Positions 8,214 to 18,664 of a stretch of 34,316 nt of DNA are shown one piece after another. Below the pieces are notes generated by a model, which was not told the DNA's origin, made no database searches, and saw only the letters and a program-made list of their open reading frames with translations. The translations under genes were made by a program, and so were the position numbers. Every line of letters begins with the position of its first letter. Position 1 is the first letter of the stretch. This DNA is from an uncultured Gammaproteobacteria bacterium (GTDB lineage Bacteria; Patescibacteriota; Patescibacteriia; 2-01-FULL-39-33). Location: contig CAYIBK010000003.1 in the NCBI GenBank assembly GCA_964361645.1, positions 19,021 to 53,336 on the forward strand. Direction: 5' to 3'.

Positions 8214-8996
8214 ATGTTTTATATCTTAATCTTTATATTAGGGACGATTATCGGCAGTTTTCTAAATGTAGTTATAATTAGAATTCATAATGGTGGTAAC
8301 ATTGCCAAATCTCGCTCCAGTTGTCCCCATTGCCATCATGTTCTTAGGCCAATCGATCTGATTCCTCTTTTAAGCTTTATTGCTCAAGGGGGGAAATGTC
8401 GCTATTGCCATAAAAAAATATCTTGGCAATATCCACTGGTTGAGCTCTCAACTGGCCTGCTTTTTGTTTTAATAACTTATAATATTATTGGCACGCTTGG
8501 TTTTGATAATCTTTTTTATAACTCATCAATTTTTTTAATCTGGCTAAGAAATTTAATTTTTATCAGTTTTTTGATTGTTATTTTTGTTTATGATTTTAGG
8601 TGGTATCTTATTTTGGATAGAATAACTTTTTCGGCCATGGCCGTAGCCCTTCTTTTTAATCTAATAGTGGGCTTTTCCATAATTAATTTGTTGATAGGCG
8701 CTGTTATCGGCTTTGGTTTTTTTGCTTTGCAATTTTTTATATCCAAAGGCAGGTGGATTGGTGGTGGTGATTTAAGAATGGGAGCCCTAATGGGTTTAAT
8801 GTTAGGCGCCAAGCTAGTGGTGGTGGCTTTATTTCTATCTTATGTGATTGGAGCTATAGTTTCTATATTCTTTGTGGTTGGGGGCAAGAAAGGTTTTAAA
8901 TCACAAATTCCTTTTGGCACATTTTTAACTATTGGAACTGTTATAGCTCTACTATGGGGTAATGAAATAATAAATTGGTATATGAATCTTATATAA
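8214..8996 (+). CDS. pilD: Prepilin peptidase
   Basis: GSFLNVVI, RSSCPHC...GKCRYC, catalytic YD and GGGD, and IPFGTFL. Multiple TM helices. Confidence 0.96.
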   Translation: MFYILIFILGTIIGSFLNVVIIRIHNGGNIAKSRSSCPHCHHVLRPIDLIPLLSFIAQGGKCRYCHKKISWQYPLVELSTGLLFVLITYNIIGTLGFDNLFYNSSIFLIWLRNLIFISFLIVIFVYDFRWYLILDRITFSAMAVALLFNLIVGFSIINLLIGAVIGFGFFALQFFISKGRWIGGGDLRMGALMGLMLGAKLVVVALFLSYVIGAIVSIFFVVGGKKGFKSQIPFGTFLTIGTVIALLWGNEIINWYMNLI

Positions 8997-9151
8997 CACA
9001 TAACTCACAACTCGTAACGTTTAATCTGGAGATAATTTTCATTATTAAATACCGTCCACAATTATAAAATAGCGATGATGATATCAAAATGACCAAAACA
9101 GATATGATAAAATATAAAAATAAAAGTGTTACGCGTTATGCGTTATGCGTT
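8995..9151. repeat. Inverted heptad repeat (CATAACN / GTTATGC), right arm inside a prepilin leader
   Basis: 8995-9018 matches the reverse complement of 9128-9151 at 20/24. Confidence 0.75.
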
Positions 9152-9661
9152 TTACCAAGGGGGTTTACCTTAGCCGAAATGATAATTGTCATTGCTATCA
9201 TCGGCATTTTTTCTAGTTTAACGGTTATTAATTTTCGTGGTAATGAAAAAGTAAGAGATATGGATAATCAATCACGGTTGCTTTTAGATGGCATAAAACG
9301 CATGCAAACATCATCTCTTTCCGGGAAAGTGGTTTCAGGCCAAGTGCCCATTGCTTATGTTTTTGAAATAAATAAGTGCTCCTCTAATAATTGCACTTAT
9401 ATTTTAAAGGCTAAAACTGCCCCTGATGTTTATATTATTACTGATACTGTTTCACTTGATAAATCAATTGTTGATATAACCAGTAATAAGATAGTGATAG
9501 AAATTACTCCCCCCAGAAGTGATATTAAGTTTTATTTAGATGGTCTTCCCACAGCAGAACCAGATATTATAATAAGTCTCAAACATAAAGATGATCAATC
9601 GGTTATTAAAAACATCAGAATTAATCGTATTTCCGGCAGGATGGATATTCTAAGTCAATAA
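9089..9661 (+). CDS. Minor pilin (FimT/GspH-like); start may be a later ATG
   Basis: RG|FTLAEMIIVIAIIGIF and C-terminal IRINRISGRM. Confidence 0.85.
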   Translation: MTKTDMIKYKNKSVTRYALCVLPRGFTLAEMIIVIAIIGIFSSLTVINFRGNEKVRDMDNQSRLLLDGIKRMQTSSLSGKVVSGQVPIAYVFEINKCSSNNCTYILKAKTAPDVYIITDTVSLDKSIVDITSNKIVIEITPPRSDIKFYLDGLPTAEPDIIISLKHKDDQSVIKNIRINRISGRMDILSQ

Positions 9662-9705
9662 AATTTACAAAACTCAATCCGTTAACTGGTTAGGGTTATA
9701 AAATT

Positions 9706-10365
9706 ATGAAATTAAAAATTTTTAAAAATAAAAAAGGTCAAAGTTTAGTAGAGTTGGTGGTCGCCATTGGTGTAATAACTATTGGGTTATTTAGTGTTTG
9801 GAATCTTTTCCTGTCTAATTTTAACGGCGAGCAAGAGGCTGGAGCCAGAATTTTATCTGTTAATTTAGCCAGAGAGGGCATAGAAATAGTTAAAAACATC
9901 AGGGATTCCAATTGGCTAGCCATCGAAAATAATGACAGCTGTTTTTATAATGGTTTGACCTACGATCCGTGCAATTGGGATAGTGATTTAAGCGATGATG
10001 GCAGCGGGGTAATAGAAAATCTATTTTCTGATGATGTTTATATTGATTATTCGGCTGATATTATAAGTGATAATCAAACTAGGATTTATCAAGATCTTTC
10101 CTCTGGCTTATACAGTCATGATAGTTCTGATCAAGCGACAACTTATCGTCGTCTGATAAATATCAAAAATATCTGCTGTGATGATGCTGACGCTGATTTA
10201 AAATGCGACGATTTGTCAATTGATTTTTATGTAAAAGATATTGGTATATCTTGTGCAGCCTCGGAATTAAAAGTGGGTCTTGATGTCAAATCAACTGTTT
10301 CCTGGTTGATCAGGGACCAAGCTAGACAACTATCGGTTGAAGAAAGACTTTTTAATTGGAAATAG
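9706..10365 (+). CDS. Minor pilin (PilV-like)
   Basis: KG|QSLVELVVAIGVI, LAREGIEIVKNIRDSNW and terminal LFNWK. Confidence 0.85.
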   Translation: MKLKIFKNKKGQSLVELVVAIGVITIGLFSVWNLFLSNFNGEQEAGARILSVNLAREGIEIVKNIRDSNWLAIENNDSCFYNGLTYDPCNWDSDLSDDGSGVIENLFSDDVYIDYSADIISDNQTRIYQDLSSGLYSHDSSDQATTYRRLINIKNICCDDADADLKCDDLSIDFYVKDIGISCAASELKVGLDVKSTVSWLIRDQARQLSVEERLFNWK

Positions 10366-10392
10366 ATTAAAAGGCAAAATTTAAAATGAAAA

Positions 10393-10773
10393 ATGCAAAA
10401 CAATAATTCAAAATTTAAAGTTGATTTAAAAAAGAGAGTTTATTTATATTCTTTAGATATTATAAAATTCATAGATAATCTAAATAATAAAGATTTGACC
10501 ATACAAATAATTAGTAAACAATTATTAAGAAGCGCAACAAGTATTGGTGCTAATATAATTGAAGCTCAAGCCGGCAGCAGTAAAAAGGATTTTACTAATT
10601 TTTTTAACTATGCTCTAAAATCTGCCAATGAGAGTAAATTTTGGATAGGGTTGTTAAGAGATTCAAATAAATCCGACAAGAATATAGCCAATAAATTGTT
10701 ACAAGAAACAAACGAACTAGCCAATATCTTGGCATCTAGTATATTAACTCTCAAGGGAAAAAATAAATTTTGA
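10393..10773 (+). CDS. Four helix bundle protein (23S rRNA IVP / TIGR02436-like)
   Basis: QLLRSATSIGANIIEAQAGSSKKDFTNFF...KSANESKFW. Confidence 0.93.
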   Translation: MQNNNSKFKVDLKKRVYLYSLDIIKFIDNLNNKDLTIQIISKQLLRSATSIGANIIEAQAGSSKKDFTNFFNYALKSANESKFWIGLLRDSNKSDKNIANKLLQETNELANILASSILTLKGKNKF

Positions 10774-10825
10774 ATTTTATGTTGTTATTTTTAATTTTTC
10801 GTTTTTAATTTTTAGTTTAAAGTAA

Positions 10826-11371
10826 ATGATCAATATTTATAAAAAATTGTTAGCTCGTAATGGTTTTACCTTAGCAGAAGTGATGGTAGCTATGGGCATT
10901 TTTTCTATTGCCTCTGTTATTATTTCTTCTGTTTATCTTAATACTAATACTCTGCATCAACATACGGCTAATTTTCAAAAATTACAAAATGATGGCAGAT
11001 ATATAATAGAAAAAATCGCCAGAGAAATAAGAGCCAGAGAAATAGAATATCCAGTAATGTCGGAACAAGATCACATTGAATTTTTAAAAGATGAATTGGG
11101 TAATCAAGTTTCCATAGCTTTATTGGGTACAGATTTAGAATATATAGTTAATGGCACATCAGCCAATCTTAATGCTGATGATGTAGAAATTACCGATGTT
11201 AAGTTTTATATTATTCCTATTTCAGAAGATAAATGGAATACCGAACCGACCACTAACAAACAACCCAGAGTAGCAATTTTTTTGAAACTAAAAAATAAAA
11301 ATATCAATCCTAAATTTCAAAAAGAAATATCAATCCAAACTACTATTTCCAGTAAAGTTTATAAAAGATAA
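10826..11371 (+). CDS. Minor pilin (PilW-like)
   Basis: NG|FTLAEVMVAMGIFSI, IEKIAREIR and QTTISSK. Confidence 0.85.
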   Translation: MINIYKKLLARNGFTLAEVMVAMGIFSIASVIISSVYLNTNTLHQHTANFQKLQNDGRYIIEKIAREIRAREIEYPVMSEQDHIEFLKDELGNQVSIALLGTDLEYIVNGTSANLNADDVEITDVKFYIIPISEDKWNTEPTTNKQPRVAIFLKLKNKNINPKFQKEISIQTTISSKVYKR

Positions 11372-11373
11372 TT

Positions 11374-12279
11374 ATGTTTAAAAATAATAAAAACGAAAAA
11401 GGCATAATACTTATTTTGGCATTAATAATGATGTCTATACTTCTTTCCATTGCTTTGAGTTTTGGAGTTTTTATTATTTCGGATTTACGCCAGGCTCAAG
11501 AAATAGACAGTTCCATAAATTCTTATTACTTTGCTGATTCCGGCATAGAGAGAACACTTTATTTATTTAGGCACGGTGGAAAAGAAAAAATTGGTGCTTT
11601 CAGTGGTTCAGAGGGTGCCTTGTCAGCCAATGACAGAAGCGGTGATATTAACGGTGAGATGGGTGATGATTGGACAATTGACGAATCAACTGATTACGAA
11701 CCCACTTTTTTTAGACAGCGACTCTATAACGGCCAAAGTGCCAGATTGTATTTTATTGGTCGCGGTGATAGCACCAATATTTCTAAAAGTATAAAAATAA
11801 CCTGGCTTAAGGGCGTTAATTCACCCAAATTACAAGTTATTTTTACTCAACTCAACCCTCTGATTGATGGAAGTGGTTCTTTAGTTTATTACACTGATAT
11901 CAGTAAAGTAGAAATAAGCGATACCCTAGCCAAGGGGCCTGTTTGTTTTGATTTTAAAGATGAAGATACTCAAGGTGCTTCTCTAGCTGTACCAAGCGAC
12001 TATTTGGTAGAACTAAAAGTTTTGGGCACTGGTGATGACTATGTTGATAATTTATCGGTAACCGCATATGATCAGATAAAAGGCATCAATGGCTGCAATA
12101 GTGAAGCTTACAATAATGGCTATAACGCGCAAGGTATTTCTAACATAACCATAAAATCAGTTGGCACTTATCACGGCACCCGACAAGCCATTTATGCCAA
12201 TATTCCGCCTCGTGATCCATCGTCTGGACTCTTTGGCTTTGTCTTATTTTCCGAGGAGGACATTACCAAAGGATACTAA
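11374..12279 (+). CDS. Minor pilin (PilX-like)
   Basis: KG|IILILALIMM with no Glu5, typical of PilX/GspK. Also YYFADSGIERTL and IKSVGTYHGTRQAI. Confidence 0.8.
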   Translation: MFKNNKNEKGIILILALIMMSILLSIALSFGVFIISDLRQAQEIDSSINSYYFADSGIERTLYLFRHGGKEKIGAFSGSEGALSANDRSGDINGEMGDDWTIDESTDYEPTFFRQRLYNGQSARLYFIGRGDSTNISKSIKITWLKGVNSPKLQVIFTQLNPLIDGSGSLVYYTDISKVEISDTLAKGPVCFDFKDEDTQGASLAVPSDYLVELKVLGTGDDYVDNLSVTAYDQIKGINGCNSEAYNNGYNAQGISNITIKSVGTYHGTRQAIYANIPPRDPSSGLFGFVLFSEEDITKGY

Positions 12280-12337
12280 TATTAAATTTTTAATTTCTAA
12301 TTTTTAATTTTCAAATAATGTATGATGTTTATATTTT

Positions 12338-12694
12338 ATGATTTATGATTTAGAGAATAGAACAAAAAAATTTAGTAAAAAAATGTTTGATATTGTTTTG
12401 CGGGTTAATAGAAATGACATCAATAGAAATGTAATATTACAATTAATTAGATCAGCAACTAGTGTTGGAGCTAATTACTGTGAGGCTAATAACGCTAGCT
12501 CAAAAAAAGATTTTTTAAATAAAATATTTATTTGCAGAAAAGAAATTCAAGAATCTAAATATTGGATTGAAATGTTAGTAAAAGTGAATCCAGATATTAA
12601 AGATAACTTAAGATTGTTATGGAAGGAAGCTCATGAATTATCTCTAATCTTTAATAAAATATCAGTTAGTGTTAAAAATAGTAAAAATAATTGA
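12338..12694 (+). CDS. Four helix bundle protein (23S rRNA IVP / TIGR02436-like)
   Basis: YDLENRT, QLIRSATSVGANYCEANNASSKKDF...KEIQESKYW. Confidence 0.93.
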   Translation: MIYDLENRTKKFSKKMFDIVLRVNRNDINRNVILQLIRSATSVGANYCEANNASSKKDFLNKIFICRKEIQESKYWIEMLVKVNPDIKDNLRLLWKEAHELSLIFNKISVSVKNSKNN

Positions 12695-12729
12695 AAATTT
12701 TAAAATTAAAATATTGTTTGAAAATTTAA

Positions 12730-14751
<2,022 letters not shown>

Positions 14752-14767
14752 TGTTTTTATTTTCTAA

Positions 14768-14922
14768 TCGTCATTGCGAGGAGTCCCCGTGAAGATGGGG
14801 AAGCAATCCCATGGTTATAGCAGTCGTCATTGCGAGAAGATCCCTCGTAAACTCGGGACAGGCTCCGCAATCCCACGGTTATAATAATCGTCATTGCGAG
14901 GAACGAAGCAATCCCATGGTTA
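14768..14922 (+). repeat. REP-like cluster 2: three tandem half-elements with variable cores
   Basis: TCGTCATTGCGAG-[variable]-GCAATCCCAYGGTTA, with GTCATTGCGA starting at 14770, 14826 and 14890. Confidence 0.9.
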
Positions 14923-15023
14923 CGGCAAACTAGATTGATTTCCCCGTTTTCGCTAGGATCGCTTGAATTTCTTTGCAATAACAATATTGCCAAAAAAAAT
15001 CAAAAGTGCTAAAATTTTTTAAT

Positions 15024-15314
15024 ATGAAATTATCTAAAACAGAAGTAGAGCATATCGCCAAATTAGCCAGATTAAATCTAACAGATGCTGACGCCCAATT
15101 GTATAGCCAGCAGTTGTCGGATATTTTAGACTATGTAGAGAAATTGCAAGCCGTTGATACAACCGGCGTGGCAGAAACCTCTCAAGTGACAGGTCTAACT
15201 AATATTATGAGAAGTGATAAGATTAAGGAATCGGGCATAAGCGATGAATTGGTTAATTGCGCCCCAGAAAAAGGCAATGATTATATAAAAGTGCCGAAAA
15301 TTTTGAATCAATGA
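15024..15314 (+). CDS. gatC: Asp/Glu-tRNA amidotransferase subunit C
   Basis: EVEHIAKLARL...ILDYVEKL..VDT...YIKVPKI. Confidence 0.95.
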   Translation: MKLSKTEVEHIAKLARLNLTDADAQLYSQQLSDILDYVEKLQAVDTTGVAETSQVTGLTNIMRSDKIKESGISDELVNCAPEKGNDYIKVPKILNQ

Positions 15315-15328
15315 TTTAATTTAAATAT

Positions 15329-15616
15329 ATGGGTATATTTGAACAAAGAAGAGAAGTTTTAAATCAGCAACAAGCTGAACGTAATGCCAATGCCGATAGG
15401 ATAAAATGGGAGAGAGATTCTGAGACTAGAATAGAAGAGGCTAAAGAAGCCGGGTTTATAATTGGAGCTAAAGTTAGAAGATATCTTAAACCAGATAGTG
15501 AAATTGGCGAAATTATTGGCTATACAAATTATGACAGAGCTCAAGTGATACAGGTTAGATTTGAAGAAGGAGAATTTTCATATGCCGCTACAGAGCTTGA
15601 ATTGATAGATGATTAA
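15329..15616 (+). CDS. Hypothetical protein between gatC and gatA
   Basis: 95-aa ORF filling the gap. Helical N-terminal half and a possible SH3-like beta C-terminal half. Confidence 0.7.
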   Translation: MGIFEQRREVLNQQQAERNANADRIKWERDSETRIEEAKEAGFIIGAKVRRYLKPDSEIGEIIGYTNYDRAQVIQVRFEEGEFSYAATELELIDD

Positions 15617-15645
15617 AGATTTAAAATTGGCAATTAATAAAAACT

Positions 15646-17118
15646 ATGGATTTGAATAAATTAACTGTTTTGGAAACTTTTGAAGGTTTAAGAGATAAAA
15701 AGTTTTCTAGCGCAGAAATAACTAAAAATTATTTAAAGCAAATTGAAGTTTTAGATGATAAAATCAAAGCTTTTATTACTATTAATGAAGATGAGGCATT
15801 ATCTCAAGCTAAAGCAGTTGATAAAAAAATAAAAAATAAAGAATCGCTGGCACCACTGGCCGGTATTCCAGTAGCCATTAAAGATCTTTTCTGCACTAAG
15901 GGGCTTAAATCAACCGGTGCTTCTAAGATTTTAGCTAATTATATTCCTCCCTATGACGCCGCCGTAGTAGAAAAAATTAGAGCATCGGATGGGGTGATAA
16001 TAGGAAAAACTAATTTAGATGAATTTGCCATGGGTGGTTCTGGTGAAAAATCAGGTTTTTTCCCCACTCATAATCCCTGGGATTTAGAAAAAGTTCCTGG
16101 TGGCAGTTCTAGTGGTTCGGCGGCTGCCACGGCCTCAGATATGTGTGTTTATTCACTGGGCACGGATACTGGTGGTTCAATTCGTCAGCCAGCCTCATTT
16201 TGCAATGTGACAGGTCTTAAAGTTTCTTATGGACGAGTTTCCAGATATGGAGTGATGGCTATGACTTCATCACTAGACACTATTGGCCCGATTACTAAAA
16301 ACATTGAGGATGCGGCTTTTGTTTTAGGTCAAATAGCCGGGCGCGACGAGCGTGATTCTACCACACCAGATGAAAAGGTGGATGATTATGTAAAAGAAAT
16401 TAAAAAAGATATTAAAGGACTCAAAATTGGTTTGCCTAAAGAATATTTTATCGAGGGTATGGACGAGGAGGTGAGAAAGATTGTTTTATTAGCCGCTAAA
16501 AAATTTGAAGAGCTGGGAGCTGAGATTATAGATATTAGTTTGCCTCATACTGATTTAGCCGTGGCCGCTTACTATATTATTTGTCCGTCTGAAGTGAGTT
16601 CTAATATGGCCAGATATGACGGCATTAGATACGGGTTATCTAAAAGGGACAACAAAGATTTGTTGGATATTTATTTAAACACTAAATCAGCTGGCTTTGG
16701 CGCCGAAGTTAAAAGAAGGATAATGATTGGCACTTATGCTCTTTCTGCCGGCTACTATGATGCTTATTATAAAAAAGCTATGCAAGTGAGGACTTTAGTT
16801 AGGCAGGATTTTGACAAGACATTTTCTAATATTGATGTTATACTTACTCCAGTCTCTCCAACGCCAGCCTGGAAGATAGGTGAAAATATAGGTAATCCGC
16901 TCAAAGATTATTTGGCCGATGTCTTCACTATCCCGGCATCACTGGCCGGTATTTGTGGTTTGTCTGTTCCGGCTGGATTTTCAAACGGCTTACCCGTGGG
17001 CATACAGCTATTGGGCAAAAGGTTTGACGAGAAAACTATTTTGCGAGCTGGTTATCAGTATCAAGAGGCAACCGATTGGCACAAGCAAAAACCGGTAATT
17101 AAAAAAGTAAAAAATTAA
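15646..17118 (+). CDS. gatA: Asp/Glu-tRNA amidotransferase subunit A
   Basis: Amidase signature GGSSSGSAA, GTDTGGSIRQPA and EVKRRIMIGTYALSAGYYDAYY. Confidence 0.98.
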   Translation: MDLNKLTVLETFEGLRDKKFSSAEITKNYLKQIEVLDDKIKAFITINEDEALSQAKAVDKKIKNKESLAPLAGIPVAIKDLFCTKGLKSTGASKILANYIPPYDAAVVEKIRASDGVIIGKTNLDEFAMGGSGEKSGFFPTHNPWDLEKVPGGSSSGSAAATASDMCVYSLGTDTGGSIRQPASFCNVTGLKVSYGRVSRYGVMAMTSSLDTIGPITKNIEDAAFVLGQIAGRDERDSTTPDEKVDDYVKEIKKDIKGLKIGLPKEYFIEGMDEEVRKIVLLAAKKFEELGAEIIDISLPHTDLAVAAYYIICPSEVSSNMARYDGIRYGLSKRDNKDLLDIYLNTKSAGFGAEVKRRIMIGTYALSAGYYDAYYKKAMQVRTLVRQDFDKTFSNIDVILTPVSPTPAWKIGENIGNPLKDYLADVFTIPASLAGICGLSVPAGFSNGLPVGIQLLGKRFDEKTILRAGYQYQEATDWHKQKPVIKKVKN

Positions 17119-17166
17119 AAAACAATCAAATAATAAAAATAATAATTAATAAATAAGAGAAAAAAT

Positions 17167-17766
17167 ATGAGTGAAGGTGCAAAAAATCAACAATTTCTTT
17201 TGGGTCTTTTCGGGGGTATTGCCTCGGTTAGCGTTATCGGGCTGATAATTTTGGGTGTCGCTTTTTTGAATGTCAAAAACGGTGATAATCAACCAGCTAA
17301 TGATCAGACGGATAATGTTCAGAACCAGAACAATACAGCTCCGCCGATAGTCCAAGATAAAGCTAATGTTCCCGGCGTTTCAACTTATTCGGAAAAAAAA
17401 GATGCTGAAATATGTAAAGAAAATGGCAAACCAGTGGTTTATTTATTTTCTACTACTTGGTGCCCCCATTGTCAGTGGATAAAAGATACTTTTGACGAGG
17501 TGGTTAGTAAATATGTAGCCGAAGGTAAAATTGTGGCTTATCATTGGGATGTAGATATTAATGATAATACTCTAACCTCGGAAAAGGAAACTGTCGTGCC
17601 AGCTAAAGATTTAGCTATTTATAAGGAATTCAACCCGGGTGGATCAATTCCAACTTTCGTCTTTGGATGCAAATATTCTAGAATAGGCAATGGTTTTGAA
17701 CAACAACAGGATTTGAAATCAGAAATATCAGAATTTGAAGCTTTGATTAAAGATATGATTAAATAG
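17167..17766 (+). CDS. Membrane-anchored thioredoxin/DsbA-like protein
   Basis: N-terminal TM helix, WCPHC, and cis-Pro loop SIPTFVFG. Confidence 0.85.
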   Translation: MSEGAKNQQFLLGLFGGIASVSVIGLIILGVAFLNVKNGDNQPANDQTDNVQNQNNTAPPIVQDKANVPGVSTYSEKKDAEICKENGKPVVYLFSTTWCPHCQWIKDTFDEVVSKYVAEGKIVAYHWDVDINDNTLTSEKETVVPAKDLAIYKEFNPGGSIPTFVFGCKYSRIGNGFEQQQDLKSEISEFEALIKDMIK

Positions 17767-17777
17767 TTTTAAGTTAG

Positions 17778-17810
17778 AAAAAGCGGCTATTTTAGCCGTT
17801 TTTTTGTTTT
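17778..17810 (+). terminator. Intrinsic terminator
   Basis: AAAAA-GCGGCTA-TTT-TAGCCGT followed by a T run. Confidence 0.85.
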
Positions 17811-17913
17811 ATAACATAATTGTTAAGGACAGTCTTTTTATGGACAAAATTGATTATTTTAGGTAAAATTTGTTTAGTCTACAGAGTGGAAATCAAAACA
17901 GGAGGCATTAGAC

Positions 17914-18081
17914 ATGGTAATTAAATTCGAACCTTATTGGCATTGTAAGAGTTGTTTTGCTAGGGGGCAGGCCAAGATGGGCATTCCATCTAAATGCCCT
18001 AAATGCGATAGTGAAGATATTTATAAGCCAACTATTAAGAAAGGCGGGCCATTTGATGTTGATTCTTTAAAAAAGTATTAA
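17914..18081 (+). CDS. 55-aa zinc-ribbon/rubredoxin-like protein (not in ORF track)
   Basis: MVIKFEPYWHCKSCFARGQAKMGIPSKCPKCDSEDIYKPTIKKGGPFDVDSLKKY. AGGAGG at 17900-17905. Hairpin AAGGCGA-TTAAT-TCGCCTT after the stop. Confidence 0.8.
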   Translation: MVIKFEPYWHCKSCFARGQAKMGIPSKCPKCDSEDIYKPTIKKGGPFDVDSLKKY

Positions 18082-18112
18082 GACAACAAGGCGATTAATT
18101 CGCCTTTAATTT

Positions 18113-18202
18113 GGAGAGGTGGCCGAGTGGTTGAAGGCGCACGCTTGGAAAGCGTGTGTACTGTAAAAGGTACCGCAGGTTCGAATCCTGTTCTCTCCGC
18201 CA
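18113..18202 (+). tRNA. tRNA-Ser(GGA)
   Basis: Acceptor GGAGAGG/TCTCTCC, anticodon arm CACGC-TTGGAAA-GCGTG, long variable arm, GGTTCGAATCC, G73 and encoded CCA. Confidence 0.98.
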
Positions 18203-18231
18203 AGTTTTACATTTTGTTATAATTTTATCGT

Positions 18232-18627
18232 ATGAAAATAGTTATAGCTGGTAGCGCCATACTTCAAAAAGAGATAAAACAATGGATCACTTATTGGGAA
18301 AGTGTTGGTGATAATTCTATTTTGGATTATCCCAAAGAAATACCGCCAATTGACTTTGAAAATTTATATCCCGATATACATAAGAATTTTTTTAAGAATA
18401 TAATAGAGGCTGATTTGCTGTTTATTGCCAATGAAAAAAAGAATGGTATTGATGGCTATATTGGAGCTGAAACTTTTGCCGAACTGGCGTTTGGTTTAAC
18501 TCAGAAATTAGTTTACAATAAAGATATAAAACTAATACTTGCTCACATGCCAGCCAAAGAAGTTGCTTGCTATGATGAAATAGTTTTATGGTTAAAACTC
18601 AGCTGGATTGATGATATTTTAAATTAA
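18232..18627 (+). CDS. Hypothetical protein, possibly nucleoside 2-deoxyribosyltransferase-like fold
   Basis: KIVIAGS...IIEADLLFIAN...GYIGAETFAELAFG pattern. Confidence 0.6.
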   Translation: MKIVIAGSAILQKEIKQWITYWESVGDNSILDYPKEIPPIDFENLYPDIHKNFFKNIIEADLLFIANEKKNGIDGYIGAETFAELAFGLTQKLVYNKDIKLILAHMPAKEVACYDEIVLWLKLSWIDDILN

Positions 18628-18664
18628 TATATTAAAATAATTAAATAAATTTCTGGCTAAAAAA

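Noticed and set aside
10393-12694. Diversity-generating retroelement, suggested by Avd-like four-helix-bundle genes near pilins
   Set aside because: No reverse transcriptase and no TR/VR pair with adenine-specific differences is visible. The 1-285 repeat mismatches are not adenine-restricted.
14768-14922. CRISPR array
   Set aside because: Only three units, with cores of very unequal length that are hairpins recurring elsewhere. No cas genes, and the repeat belongs to the dispersed palindrome family.
14757-14993. 78-aa minus-strand ORF, and the similar ORFs at 32374-32613 and 32381-32635
   Set aside because: These are translations of the palindromic repeats (shared SSRGLLAMT / IASxxxAMT peptides), not genes.
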